From Candidatus Levyibacteriota bacterium (GTDB taxonomy: Bacteria; Patescibacteriota; Microgenomatia; Levybacterales; UBA12049): 64,000 bases of DNA. Positions 53,029 to 63,210 of the stretch are shown one piece after another. The DNA lies in NCBI GenBank assembly GCA_029260905.1, contig JAJDCH010000009.1, positions 26,498 through 90,497 of the forward strand, read 5' to 3'. Below the pieces are notes generated by a model. That model did not search any database. It was not told the origin of the DNA and saw nothing but the letters and a program-made list of their open reading frames with translations. Every line of letters starts with the position of its first letter. The stretch's first letter is position 1. The position numbers were made by a program, and so were the translations under genes.

Positions 53029-53052
53029 ACCGTCAGAAATGACGGTTTTTTA
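53029..53052. terminator. bidirectional rho-independent terminator between ssrA and the convergent 620-aa gene
   Basis: Perfect hairpin CCGTCA-gaaa-TGACGG followed by TTTTTT(A)TTT. Confidence 0.6.
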
Positions 53053-53056
53053 TTTA

Positions 53057-54919
53057 TTAAAGCTTGATTTCAAAAATCTTTTTGTCTGCGAGAAATTTTA
53101 TTGTTCCACCACTTTCATCAACATCGATAGCTAGGGCCTTGCCGAGAAGATCTGCAACGTATTGGGATTTAAAAGCACCCTCTTTATCAAGAGTAACAAT
53201 TCTTGAGTTGCCTTTATCAAGAACATAAACATTTTCAGTGTCAATGTTGGTTGCAATTTTTGTGGGATTGTTAAAAGGTTGATCAATTCCTGAAATTTTA
53301 AGCCCGTCAGACTCGCCCCTGGTGTATTTGGAGACATCTCCAGTTGAATAAAGAACCCAAACAGATCCATCGATTGCCATACTCACGGCCTTACTAATAT
53401 CAGGGCTAGTTTGAAAGTAGTCTGACCTGCCAAATCCGCTTGATCCCGCAACGTATTTATGTATTTGGTTGTTTTGATCTAATATATAAATATTTCCTTG
53501 ATAGACTGATAAGTCTTTTGGGTTTTCCCAATCATCATCATTTTCAATAATTTCTTTCCCGTCAACAATCACAGCATCTTTGGTTAAGACATGAACACCA
53601 TCTGTTCCAGTGGTAGTAGAAATAGCATTTTTGCTGTCAAGCAGTACACCAAGCAAGCTGTTGTCATCAACTGTTATTTCTTTTGGCTCAACCTTATTTA
53701 CATTTGCTGTTTCTGTCAGTTCATCCTGTACTTTTTTGTGAAGATCTTCTATTTGATTATCCTGCTCTGACCCTTGTTTAAATTTTTCTAGATTTGCTTT
53801 TAGCAAGTTTTCTGCTTCCATAAAATCACTTCTTGCTAAACCTTCATTTATACTTTTGAGGTCTATTCCGCTTTGATAATTTTTAAGTGCAGGATCATAA
53901 ATAGCTGCAAACTCAGCATCTGTTTTTTGATCAATTTGTTTTTTGGTGTTGAGAATGAGACTTGAGACAAGAACTAGTAATATAAAAATTACAACACTTA
54001 GAATCATTTTTTTTCGATGATTAAGATTTTGGAATTTTGAACCTAGAACCCCCCAAACCTGTATTTGTTTTGAAGAGCCAAAGAGGCGAGGGTCTGGATC
54101 AGCATCAGGAGTTGCGTATTCTGCGCTTGGATTATCAGGCCTTATGACATCTGCATCAAGAGATTCATTTTCATACGATTTTTCTTCAGTAATTTTTTCA
54201 TCCTCTGTTTCAATACCACCATCCTCATCATCGGCTATTTGGAGTTCTTGTTTTTTTACTTCATCTTCAATGGTGGGCTCGTCTTTTGTATCAGCTTGAT
54301 GGGAAATGCCTTGGTAATTAACTATTACAGCTCCAAGTCCACCGTTTTCTGTTTTGTGCATTGCAGGAGACAAGACTTCTGCAATATCGTTTGGGAGGGT
54401 TGCCTCAAGCGCTTCTTCTATTTTTGATCTCTCTACATTCTCTGAGAACTGAATTGTTTCAAGAATAATTAGATCTTTATTTTCAAGAAAGCCTGATGCT
54501 GACAATACCTCATTGTTTGTATCTGTTTTTTCAAGTAATTCTCCTATTTTATCCCCTCTTTTCATGATGACTCTTCCAGCACCTGCTATAAACACATACA
54601 AAACATTTTCCTTTATGAAACAAATTGAAAGACTGATGAGGGTTGATTTGGGAACTGAATTTATACTTTCTTCAATTGCAGTTTTGATAGTTTCAATTGT
54701 CTTTTCAGAGAGGGCAAAGAATTCAGCTTCCAGATTGTTTAGAACATCTTTGCCGATTGAGTTAAGGGGAATTTCTTCATGTTTTTCTCTTATCAGCGAG
54801 AGAATAGCAAAAAAGTTTCCTGCGTTGTAAGCCTGTGCCCAAGACAAGTCAGTTGGTGTTGCAACCAGTTTGGCAAACGAGATGACAGGAGCACTTGCTT
54901 TAAGTGAATTCTCAGACAT
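53057..54919 (-). CDS. bitopic membrane protein with cytoplasmic N-terminal domain and extracytoplasmic C-terminal NHL-repeat-like beta-propeller
   Basis: Central TM KMILSVVIFILLVLVSSLILN; C-terminal repeats such as FNNPTKIATNIDTENVYVLDKGNSRIVTLDKEG fit the NHL repeat pattern. Confidence 0.4.
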   Translation of the reverse strand: MSENSLKASAPVISFAKLVATPTDLSWAQAYNAGNFFAILSLIREKHEEIPLNSIGKDVLNNLEAEFFALSEKTIETIKTAIEESINSVPKSTLISLSICFIKENVLYVFIAGAGRVIMKRGDKIGELLEKTDTNNEVLSASGFLENKDLIILETIQFSENVERSKIEEALEATLPNDIAEVLSPAMHKTENGGLGAVIVNYQGISHQADTKDEPTIEDEVKKQELQIADDEDGGIETEDEKITEEKSYENESLDADVIRPDNPSAEYATPDADPDPRLFGSSKQIQVWGVLGSKFQNLNHRKKMILSVVIFILLVLVSSLILNTKKQIDQKTDAEFAAIYDPALKNYQSGIDLKSINEGLARSDFMEAENLLKANLEKFKQGSEQDNQIEDLHKKVQDELTETANVNKVEPKEITVDDNSLLGVLLDSKNAISTTTGTDGVHVLTKDAVIVDGKEIIENDDDWENPKDLSVYQGNIYILDQNNQIHKYVAGSSGFGRSDYFQTSPDISKAVSMAIDGSVWVLYSTGDVSKYTRGESDGLKISGIDQPFNNPTKIATNIDTENVYVLDKGNSRIVTLDKEGAFKSQYVADLLGKALAIDVDESGGTIKFLADKKIFEIKL

Positions 54920-54922
54920 TAT

Positions 54923-55174
54923 TTATACTATAACAATAGTAATTAAAAAAAGCGAGATTCCAAGAATTAGGAAAATGGCAGATGTTGTTTGGATGATGGC
55001 TGATGCTTTGTTTGCAGATAAATTAAGCGTTCTGTTTAAGACCTTTACTCTGCTGATTACAATAAGCGTAAAAAGAATATAGACAAACACAAGGCCAAGA
55101 AGTAAAAGTTTAAACGTAAGATTTATCCCCTCTGTTTGTGCAAAACTGAAAAAACTGATCAGATCAGGTGACAT
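54923..55174 (-). CDS. small two-TM membrane protein
   Basis: Two hydrophobic helices; short overlap with the upstream gene. Confidence 0.3.
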   Translation of the reverse strand: MSPDLISFFSFAQTEGINLTFKLLLLGLVFVYILFTLIVISRVKVLNRTLNLSANKASAIIQTTSAIFLILGISLFLITIVIV

Positions 55175-55811
55175 TTCTTTTTGCTCCTTTCACTTGAGGT
55201 CTAAGATCAGTTACAAGATCTGCAACAGTTGCAGGATGAGGTGTTTGCTCAAATTCAAAATTGGCTTTTAGCGCCTCAGTTTGAATCGGCACATCACCAT
55301 AGTCAAAAAAACTTTGGAAAAACCCTTTTTGGGTATAAGAAACATCAACAACGTCTTCGATGTTTGTTTCAGATAGATGGTAATGAAGAATGTTATCAAT
55401 ATCAAGATCAAGAAGTCTCTTTTGGGTCACTATTCCAACATGATAAAACCAGACCATGAATTTGGTAAAAGCAAAGTTAAAAACAAGAATGTAGTAGAAA
55501 GAAACAAGAATGAAAATATATTGGGATGAAATTGAAAATGGAATAAGGTTTGGCAAAAATAAAAAAATAAAGGGAATTAATAAAAATATAAAGGTATAAA
55601 AAATCCAAACAAAATTTGTGATGAAATGACGTCTGAGAAAAAGTATTAATTTTTCTGATTTTTCCTGATTGGCAAAGTGAATCCCTGTTGGGCTGGGGCA
55701 GTACGCGCTAAAAATACCAGGTTCTTGATCCACCTCTTTGAGAATAGGGTTTGTGTTTTCGGTTTCTTGCTTTTTTGTTTCGGTTTTCGTATTTACAAAA
55801 ATATCAGGCAT
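55164..55811 (-). CDS. membrane protein with possible bacterial PH (bPH_2/YdbT-like) domain
   Basis: Two TM helices followed by an approximately 90-aa domain; architecture only. Confidence 0.3.
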   Translation of the reverse strand: MPDIFVNTKTETKKQETENTNPILKEVDQEPGIFSAYCPSPTGIHFANQEKSEKLILFLRRHFITNFVWIFYTFIFLLIPFIFLFLPNLIPFSISSQYIFILVSFYYILVFNFAFTKFMVWFYHVGIVTQKRLLDLDIDNILHYHLSETNIEDVVDVSYTQKGFFQSFFDYGDVPIQTEALKANFEFEQTPHPATVADLVTDLRPQVKGAKRNVT

Positions 55812-55812
55812 A

Positions 55813-57513
55813 TTATTTATGTTCTATATTAAAAAATGCAAAACCCGATTGCGGGATTGAGAGATAGCCTGGTGCTCTCAGGTTAAACGCTCTTTTGAAA
55901 TCATCACCACTCATGGAGACACCATTTATTGTGACATTGGCAGTGCTTCCGTTTCCTTGTGAGACAGAGACACTTGTCGCGTTTGATATGCCTCCTTTGC
56001 CTGAGGTGAGGCTTCGTAGCTCATCCATGCTGTAGGGATTTCCACCCCAGCAAGAAGTTGTAATAGGTGTAATTCGTCCTGTGTCAATTCCACCAGAATC
56101 ACGGAGTGCAATTGCAGCATTAACAATATCTGCCATCTCAGTTGGGCTTAGCCAAGGATTTGACCTGCCACATGTGTTTCCTGAATTGCTGTATCCTTGT
56201 CTCCACCATGATTTGTAGAGCCATGGAGATCCTCCGTCTTTTTCCCATGCTTTGTCAATAAATCTTGAGCCGCCAGATCCATCTTTGGTATCCCAACCAA
56301 TTGGTGATGCATATCCACCATGGGTTGACGCGTAGTAGGTGACTACATCTTCAAGAACCTGTCCTCGTGTTGACTCAACCGCGCTTCTCCAAGCAGCAGG
56401 TGGATTATCAGCTTTTCCAGAATTAAAAACCTGACATGATTCACTGGTACAGATCTCTTTACCTTCGACTTTATATCTATATGCATAAGTTCTTGCCGCA
56501 ACGGCTTGAGCTTTTAGTGCTTCAGGATGCCAACTGGATGGCATTTCTGCAATTCCCATTAGGTATCGTTCCTCAAAGTTTATCGAGCCATGTCCTGCAA
56601 CGTTTATATCCCCTCCTGTATCCTTGCTGACAGGCTGTTTGCCATAGTATGCATTCAAGATTGTTTTAAAGTCTTGTCCAGCCTGCGCGCGCCCTCTTGC
56701 TCCATATTGGCTCATTCCTTTTCTGTGCGTATATCCACCAAAAGAGAAAGCAGCAAATGAGCCACCTGGGGCTGATTCATTAAACCCCTTGATTGAGGAA
56801 AGGTATTCATCTGCAAGCTCGCCTGACCCAATTGTAAAAGTAAAAGTACCTGATCTTGCGGAAAGAATTTCTTGTTGCTTGGCAGATAGGTCTGCGATTT
56901 TTCCTGATAAATCGCTTTGATAGTTTTTGGCTCCCTTGACAACTTCATCAAGCTTGGCTGATTTTTCATCCAAAGATTTTTTGACTGATGCTAGTCTTTT
57001 TTGTTCATCTTCAAGGCCTGCCTTTTTGCGTTCTAGATCAACAAGCGTCAAAACCATATTTGTAATTAGAGCCTTGTCTTGTTTTGTTTTGGCTTGTTGG
57101 AGAGAGATAGTCCTGGTTGCATCAGATATATCTCCAACTGAAAAAAGCGCTAGAAACGGGCTTGAGTAGTAGGAGTTTATATAGAACTCACGTATAGTTG
57201 CAGAAATAACCCGTTCTTTTGCTTCAAACTCCTCATAGCCCTTATCAATTTCTTTTTTCTTAACAACAATTCCATTTTCAATACTAATGATGCTTGATTT
57301 TATTCCCTCAATTTGTTTTTTCATGCGGGTCAACTCTTCCTCAACTGGCTCAGTTGCTGCAATTGATTTAGCAAGCGCATCATTTAAGTTGGCAAGCTCT
57401 TTGTTGATATTATCTAATTCATCAGCCTTTATAAGTGATGGATGAGCAACAAGAAGAATACTTAACGAAAGTACAAAAGAGGTAAATAGAAGAAAAATCT
57501 TTTTAATGGGCAT
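55813..57513 (-). CDS. SpoIID/LytB-domain protein with N-terminal signal peptide and long coiled-coil
   Basis: GMSQYGARGRAQAGQDFKTILNAYYG signature. The N-terminal third is coiled-coil, reminiscent of EnvC-type amidase activators. Confidence 0.6.
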   Translation of the reverse strand: MPIKKIFLLFTSFVLSLSILLVAHPSLIKADELDNINKELANLNDALAKSIAATEPVEEELTRMKKQIEGIKSSIISIENGIVVKKKEIDKGYEEFEAKERVISATIREFYINSYYSSPFLALFSVGDISDATRTISLQQAKTKQDKALITNMVLTLVDLERKKAGLEDEQKRLASVKKSLDEKSAKLDEVVKGAKNYQSDLSGKIADLSAKQQEILSARSGTFTFTIGSGELADEYLSSIKGFNESAPGGSFAAFSFGGYTHRKGMSQYGARGRAQAGQDFKTILNAYYGKQPVSKDTGGDINVAGHGSINFEERYLMGIAEMPSSWHPEALKAQAVAARTYAYRYKVEGKEICTSESCQVFNSGKADNPPAAWRSAVESTRGQVLEDVVTYYASTHGGYASPIGWDTKDGSGGSRFIDKAWEKDGGSPWLYKSWWRQGYSNSGNTCGRSNPWLSPTEMADIVNAAIALRDSGGIDTGRITPITTSCWGGNPYSMDELRSLTSGKGGISNATSVSVSQGNGSTANVTINGVSMSGDDFKRAFNLRAPGYLSIPQSGFAFFNIEHK

Positions 57514-57574
57514 AGGACTAATATTATACCAAACTTAGTAAAGCATATTTTACACGATTTGCAAAATTAAAAAA

Positions 57575-58144
57575 ATGTGCTATTATGACAGGGATTCTGC
57601 CCCAGGCTTTAATTATATGGATCAAGACGCACAATTTCAGGATTACCCTGCATATACTGAAAAATCTTCTAACAAAGGCAAGTTTTTTGCGATATTTTTT
57701 GTAACTGTTCTTCTTATTGCTGGAGTTGTCGGAGGTCTTTATTTTATGGGAGCCAACCAGCAGACTGAAGAACCAGAAATTGCAGTAATACCAACTCTTG
57801 AACCAACTGCAACCCCTGATCCAGAAGCAACTAATTCAGCAGAAACTTCAGATGAAGATCTTGAGAAAAGCGATTTGACGGTTGATGTTCTGAATGGTTC
57901 AGGAGTTGCTGGAGCAGCAGGTGGTGTAGCAGCTACATTAAGATCTGCAGGATACACGATTGGATCTACAGGAAATGGGGATAATTTTGATTATGAAGGC
58001 ATAACTATTGTTATAAAAAGTGACAAAAAAGCCTTTCTTAAGCTTTTGCAGGCAGACTTAGAGGATGTGGCATCTGGAAGCGCTATCACATCAGAAACTT
58101 CAGATGATATTTCAGCTGATGCTGAAGTAATTGTTGGACAGTAG
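57575..58144 (+). CDS. LytR_C-domain (cell-envelope-related LytR C-terminal) membrane protein
   Basis: TM anchor, Thr/Pro linker, then LTVDVLNGSGVAGAAGGVAATLRSAGYTIGSTGNGDNFDYEGITIV. Confidence 0.5.
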   Translation: MCYYDRDSAPGFNYMDQDAQFQDYPAYTEKSSNKGKFFAIFFVTVLLIAGVVGGLYFMGANQQTEEPEIAVIPTLEPTATPDPEATNSAETSDEDLEKSDLTVDVLNGSGVAGAAGGVAATLRSAGYTIGSTGNGDNFDYEGITIVIKSDKKAFLKLLQADLEDVASGSAITSETSDDISADAEVIVGQ

Positions 58145-58239
58145 GCTTAATTCTTGGATTTATGATTTAAGAATTCTTTAAATTTTCTTTAGTTCCTCTC
58201 GTCAAATCTCCATAAATCTGATATTATAAATCATAGTTC

Positions 58240-58689
58240 ATGAAAATATTTATCGCTACAGATCACGCTGGTTTTGAATTTAAAAATCAGATTAAAGAAT
58301 TTCTTCTAGAAAAAGGTTATGATGTTGAAGATTGTGGGGCTCATGTTTTTGATAAAGAAGATGATTATCCTGATTTTATTTCAGTAGCTGCTGAGAAAGT
58401 CGCAAAGAATCCTGATGCGTTTGGGATTGTGCTTGGAAAATCAGGAGCGGGTGAGGCGATTGTTGCAAATAAAATAAACGGTATCCGTGCAGTTTTGGCT
58501 GTTTCTGAGAAAAATGCAATGCTTGCAAGAGAGCACAATGATGCAAATGTTTTATCTGTTGGATCAGAAATTGTTGATCACGAATTGGCAAAAAAATTAA
58601 TTGAAATTTTTCTTAATACTCCATTTTCAAACGAGGAGCGTCACCTTAGAAGAATAAATAAAATAAAGGAGATAGAAAAACGTGTTTGA
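58240..58689 (+). CDS. rpiB: ribose-5-phosphate isomerase B
   Basis: MKIFIATDHAGFEFK...GIVLGKSGAGEAIVANKINGIRAVLA. Confidence 0.75.
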   Translation: MKIFIATDHAGFEFKNQIKEFLLEKGYDVEDCGAHVFDKEDDYPDFISVAAEKVAKNPDAFGIVLGKSGAGEAIVANKINGIRAVLAVSEKNAMLAREHNDANVLSVGSEIVDHELAKKLIEIFLNTPFSNEERHLRRINKIKEIEKRV

Positions 58690-59371
58690 AATTATCCCTT
58701 CGCCTGGTACAGAAAATAAAGATTTTGCTGAGATTGATGAGAAAATAAAATCAGTTAGAGAGCTTGCTAAGACAATCCATATTGACGTAATTGATGGAAA
58801 GTACGCTGATAATACTACTTTTTCAGACCCAAATCCTTTTTCAAAATATACCAAAGAATTGCCAAGCGGAGAAAGAGGACAGCTTGTCGGAGGTAAGGGT
58901 TTGGTGCTTGAGGTGCATTTGATGGTTGAGGATCCGCTAAGTTATGTAAAAAGATTTGCCGATGCAGGCTTCCATAGGTTTATTGGTCAAATTGAGAAAA
59001 TGCCGGATCAGGAGGCATTTGTTGCTGAGGCGCAGCTTTATGGAGAGGTGGCGCTTGCTCTAGATAAGCAATCAAGCATTGATGATTTGAAAGTACCTTT
59101 GTCTGATCTTGATTCGCTTCTTGTTATGACAATTCAAGCAGGATTTTCAGGACAAAAATTTGAAGAACAACTTCTTGAGAAGGTCAAAAAGATTAGAGAG
59201 AAAGATGAGTATCTGCCGATTGAGGTAGATGGTGGGATAAATGAGCATACAATTCAAATTGCAGCATCAGCTGGTGCGACAAGATTTGTGGCAACCAGCG
59301 CGATTTTTGGTGGGAAAACACCTCTTGAGCAATTCAAACTTCTCCAGGAAAAACTAAAACCGCTTCTTTAG
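58682..59371 (+). CDS. rpe: ribulose-phosphate 3-epimerase-like TIM-barrel protein
   Basis: IIPSP...IHIDVIDGKYADNTTF, LEVHLMVEDP and IEVDGGIN match Rpe landmarks; GTG start overlaps the rpiB end. Confidence 0.55.
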   Translation: MFEIIPSPGTENKDFAEIDEKIKSVRELAKTIHIDVIDGKYADNTTFSDPNPFSKYTKELPSGERGQLVGGKGLVLEVHLMVEDPLSYVKRFADAGFHRFIGQIEKMPDQEAFVAEAQLYGEVALALDKQSSIDDLKVPLSDLDSLLVMTIQAGFSGQKFEEQLLEKVKKIREKDEYLPIEVDGGINEHTIQIAASAGATRFVATSAIFGGKTPLEQFKLLQEKLKPLL

Positions 59372-59407
59372 TATTGACCTACATATTAAGCTGCATATAA
59401 TAGACAT

Positions 59408-60694
59408 ATGTCAGATGAAGCAGAAATTGGAGAAGGGCAAGGGCCTTTGGCAAAAGATTTGGGTGTTCATGATGAAAAATTAAGCGGTAAAGAAAAAGAG
59501 GTGTTGCAAGTCCTCAGCCCTGATTTCAATAAAGATGGACACGGGCTTATTTTAGAAAAAATGAGGGCATTGGCTCTTTTATCTTGCGGAATTTCTTTGG
59601 ATGTTGCCAAGATGATCGGAAAAGACCATGATTCAACATCTGAGCATAGGGGTTTTATCGCAGTTTCTGAGGATAATCAGCAAGTTGTTTTTAAGATACT
59701 TGAAAGGTTAATTCCTGATTTTGAAGACTGGAAGAGCGCCAACTGGCATGATTTAGATCAGGCTAAAGTCGTTAGTCTACAGGAGCATATTAAATGGGCG
59801 TTCACTTCTGAAGAAGCAAGAAACTCTCCCAAAAATATCTCAGAAAAGAATTTAAAGCAACTCAAGTCAAGATTGGCAAAAGAATATTCTGCAAAAGACA
59901 TGGAAATAGAGGATGCCTACGACCTTGTAAAAGAAGCAGGCGGGATTGTGACACCTGAGCTTGCCGCTGTTCTTAAAAATGGGGATTACGATCTCCTCAT
60001 AGGAGATGATACGAGCGGTCGTCTATCTGCTTTGATACTTCATGATCTTACCCAGAGGTACGCGCGGGAAAATCCCAGCGCCAATGACCCGCCTCTTTTA
60101 TTTGTTGCGGGAGGACGTGGAATAGAGGAGAGAAAAGCAGCCATCCAGGATCATTTTCAGAAATTGTTTAAAAAAGCCAAACAGTCTCCAAGTCGGGCGC
60201 TGCTTGTGACTGAGACAATTGCAACAGGTAATTCGGAAAGAGTTTTTGCTGGGATGATGCGGGAAATTGGCGTTCCCACTGATATAGCAACAGTCGAGTT
60301 GATACAACCAGACCTATCGCCAAAAAGGCTAGAAGAAAATTCAGATAATGAAGGGTTAGAGAAGGAGCTTAGTCAGTTTGCAAATCATATAAAGCAGATA
60401 GTCGAACCCAGCAGGCTATTTATAAATTGGGTAGGCCCTGAATGGGGTAATGTGCACGGTAAGCCTCAAGGCACTGTGAAGAAGCTGAAAAATACAACAG
60501 CAGCACTTTCGGACTCAGACAGTATAGAGCATTCGACAAGAAAGATTGAAAGAATTGATCCGGTTACTCAAGAAAAAGTTTCAGATCCATGGATGATTGC
60601 AAATCCCAAAACACACAAAGCCGTTTTGCTACAAAGAGCATTTATTCCCCATGTGGTTGAGGAGCTGTATAAGGAATATTTTGAAACGGTCTGA
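59408..60694 (+). CDS. hypothetical protein with two degenerate phosphoribosyltransferase-like motifs
   Basis: DLLIGDDTSGRLSALI and ALLVTETIATGNS resemble PRPP-binding loops; otherwise no match. Confidence 0.3.
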   Translation: MSDEAEIGEGQGPLAKDLGVHDEKLSGKEKEVLQVLSPDFNKDGHGLILEKMRALALLSCGISLDVAKMIGKDHDSTSEHRGFIAVSEDNQQVVFKILERLIPDFEDWKSANWHDLDQAKVVSLQEHIKWAFTSEEARNSPKNISEKNLKQLKSRLAKEYSAKDMEIEDAYDLVKEAGGIVTPELAAVLKNGDYDLLIGDDTSGRLSALILHDLTQRYARENPSANDPPLLFVAGGRGIEERKAAIQDHFQKLFKKAKQSPSRALLVTETIATGNSERVFAGMMREIGVPTDIATVELIQPDLSPKRLEENSDNEGLEKELSQFANHIKQIVEPSRLFINWVGPEWGNVHGKPQGTVKKLKNTTAALSDSDSIEHSTRKIERIDPVTQEKVSDPWMIANPKTHKAVLLQRAFIPHVVEELYKEYFETV

Positions 60695-60712
60695 ATATTT
60701 TTAGCCGTCTTA

Positions 60713-60928
60713 TTATTTATTTTGCGAAGAGCTGTTGATTGAACTTGTCATGATGGATGTTCTTTGAAGAATTAGATAAACTGAAAAAGTCGCCAAGACA
60801 ACGATAATTGCGATAAGAGAAACTATAAGTATAAGCGTTTTTCTTCCTGACTCTTTGTTGTAACCACTTTCTGCTTCATCTAGATTCGTAGAATAATCTT
60901 TTTTGATGGTTATATTTTTCTTGGGCAT
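60713..60928 (-). CDS. small hypothetical membrane protein (C-terminal TM) downstream of the PBP gene
   Basis: Start moved to the internal Met to avoid overlap with the PBP 3' end; weak support. Confidence 0.2.
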   Translation of the reverse strand: MPKKNITIKKDYSTNLDEAESGYNKESGRKTLILIVSLIAIIVVLATFSVYLILQRTSIMTSSINSSSQNK

Positions 60929-60932
60929 AAAC

Positions 60933-63161
60933 TTATTGTCCTTCAGGCGGACTGGTTGTTGGTTGACCAGGTTGAGCACAAGAAATGCAGTATTTATTGC
61001 CAATCGAATCTGTTATAACGTCATGTTCCTGCTCTTCAACATTTTCTGTTTGGCCAGGTTTTGCTTGCTCCCCAGTAGTCTTATCAATAAAAACCTTTTC
61101 TTTTTTAATCGTTACGCTTGATTTGGATTCAGTACCTCTTACAAAATATTCAAACCTGGTGTTACATCCCTGTCCCTCTCTTGGTTCAATCCCAGTTGAT
61201 GAACAGACGTACTTTCCATAAACATTTGGTGGTTTTTGTGGAATTTCAGGATTTTTTCCTTCAAGAAGATGGTTCATCAGATTGTTCCAGATTGGGGCTG
61301 CGCCTGTGACTCCTGAGACAATTCCACTCATTGCAGAATGATCATTGTTTCCCACCCAAACAGCAACCAGATATGAGGGAGTATAGCCAATTGTCCAATT
61401 GTCACGATAGTCATTGGTAGTTCCTGTTTTGACAGATACGTGTTTGCCTGGAATTCTAAGCGCTGAATTTGGACCAAAAGCAGGGGTTCTTGCATTATTA
61501 TCACTTAAGATATCAGAAATTATAAATGCTACCTCAGATGGGATTATTTTTTTGCCAAATATAGGACTGTCTGGCGGTTTGTATTCTTCAAGCACTTTTC
61601 CTTCTCTGTTTGTTATTTTGAGAATTGGTTGTAGATCTACCCTATACCCTTGATTAGCAAGCGTTCCAAAAGCTGTTGCCATCTCCGTCATTGTTACTTC
61701 ACCTCCACCCAGGGTAAGTGCTAAACCATATCTACTTGGATCAGTAAGGCTTCTTAGGCCCATTGAATTTCCTATTTCAACCATTTGTTTAACACCGTTT
61801 ATTTTAAGCATCTGAACGGCTGGTATGTTGTATGAATTAGCAAGAGCCTGTCTCATTGAAACAATTCCATGAAATCTGTTGTCATAGTTTTTGGGGCAAT
61901 AAGGTTTTTGTCCGGGGTTTGGAAAACAAACTGCCGCATCAATAAAAGGAGTTGCAGCAGTATATCCGTTCATAAGACCAATCGCGTAATTGATTGGTTT
62001 TATAGACGATCCTGGTTGAAGTTTGGAAAGAGTTACATTTACGTTTGGTTCAAAGACACAATTATATCCAGGTATGCAACCCTCAGGCTCTGCCTCTCCA
62101 AAGTAATCCTTTCCTCCAACCATTGCCAATACCTCACCGGTTGCAGGATTGGTAATAAGCGCCCCCCCATTTCCGACCCGATATCCTTTTACATCATCAA
62201 GAATTGCTGAAACTGATGCTTCAGCATATTCCTGGATTTCCATATCAAGACTAGTTTGAATTTCAAGCCCTCCTTGTGTTACGACTTTTTCACCATATTT
62301 TTTAACCAAAAGATCTTTAAGATAAAACACAAAATGAGGTGCTTTTATTGGATTTGAGATTTTTTGAAACTCAAGTTTTTGACTAAAAGCGTCATCATAT
62401 TCTTTTTTTGTAATATATCCTTGTTCCTGCATTCTTCTTAGTGTTTCTTCTTGTCTTTTTTTACCTAGTTCAGGACGTGATCCATAAGGAGATAAAACAC
62501 TTGGTGATTCAGGCATAGCAGCAATAAAGGCAGCCTCAGCAAGACTCACCTTAGATACTGATTTTCCAAAAAAAGTTTGAGCCGCAGCTTCCACTCCATA
62601 AGAGGTTCCACCATATGGAACTTGATTAAGATACATTTCAAGAATTTTATCTTTTGGATAAAGCGCTTCGGTTGCAAAAGAAAGAATAACTTCTTTTACC
62701 TTTCGGTCTATTGTCCGTTCTGGTGAAAGAAGACTGTTTTTAACTAGTTGTTGGGTTAGCGTAGATCCGCCTTGAAGTTCGTCATGGACAATGATTGAAT
62801 AAAGCGCACGAGTAATTCCTCTTATGTCAATTGCGCCGTGTCGGTAGAAATCTTTATCTTCAATTGCAATTGATGCATGCTGCATATCTTCCGGGATGTC
62901 TTTAAGCGGTACAAATGTCTGATTGCGGTCTGCATAAATCGTGTAGAGATGCTCGCCATTTCTGTCATAAATTTTGCTTGAGTAAGATCCCGTGTTGGCG
63001 CCAAGCTTGGTAGGAGAAGGAAGATCGCTAAGGAGAAAAATATAAAGCCCAGCTATTGATACCAAGATAAAGACAAGAATTAAAAGTGGAATAAGAACCC
63101 TTTTCTTTTTAAGAGAAAATTTTTTTGCGTTCTTGATTACTTTTTCGTACCGCTTAATCAT
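60933..63161 (-). CDS. class A penicillin-binding protein (bifunctional transglycosylase/transpeptidase, PBP1A-type)
   Basis: N-terminal TM, GT51 motifs (RHGAIDIRGITRA...GGSTLTQQLVKN), transpeptidase GSSIKP (SxxK) and KTGTTND (KTG). Confidence 0.85.
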   Translation of the reverse strand: MIKRYEKVIKNAKKFSLKKKRVLIPLLILVFILVSIAGLYIFLLSDLPSPTKLGANTGSYSSKIYDRNGEHLYTIYADRNQTFVPLKDIPEDMQHASIAIEDKDFYRHGAIDIRGITRALYSIIVHDELQGGSTLTQQLVKNSLLSPERTIDRKVKEVILSFATEALYPKDKILEMYLNQVPYGGTSYGVEAAAQTFFGKSVSKVSLAEAAFIAAMPESPSVLSPYGSRPELGKKRQEETLRRMQEQGYITKKEYDDAFSQKLEFQKISNPIKAPHFVFYLKDLLVKKYGEKVVTQGGLEIQTSLDMEIQEYAEASVSAILDDVKGYRVGNGGALITNPATGEVLAMVGGKDYFGEAEPEGCIPGYNCVFEPNVNVTLSKLQPGSSIKPINYAIGLMNGYTAATPFIDAAVCFPNPGQKPYCPKNYDNRFHGIVSMRQALANSYNIPAVQMLKINGVKQMVEIGNSMGLRSLTDPSRYGLALTLGGGEVTMTEMATAFGTLANQGYRVDLQPILKITNREGKVLEEYKPPDSPIFGKKIIPSEVAFIISDILSDNNARTPAFGPNSALRIPGKHVSVKTGTTNDYRDNWTIGYTPSYLVAVWVGNNDHSAMSGIVSGVTGAAPIWNNLMNHLLEGKNPEIPQKPPNVYGKYVCSSTGIEPREGQGCNTRFEYFVRGTESKSSVTIKKEKVFIDKTTGEQAKPGQTENVEEQEHDVITDSIGNKYCISCAQPGQPTTSPPEGQ

Positions 63162-63210
63162 TTTGACTCTCCTATTTTAGCAGATTTCTCGTTAAGGTAT
63201 AATAGGTCAT

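Noticed and set aside
58147-58178. Possible terminator hairpin after the LytR_C gene (AATTCTT-13nt-AAGAATT)
   Set aside because: The 7-bp AT-rich stem has a long loop and no clean poly-T tail; not convincing as an intrinsic terminator.
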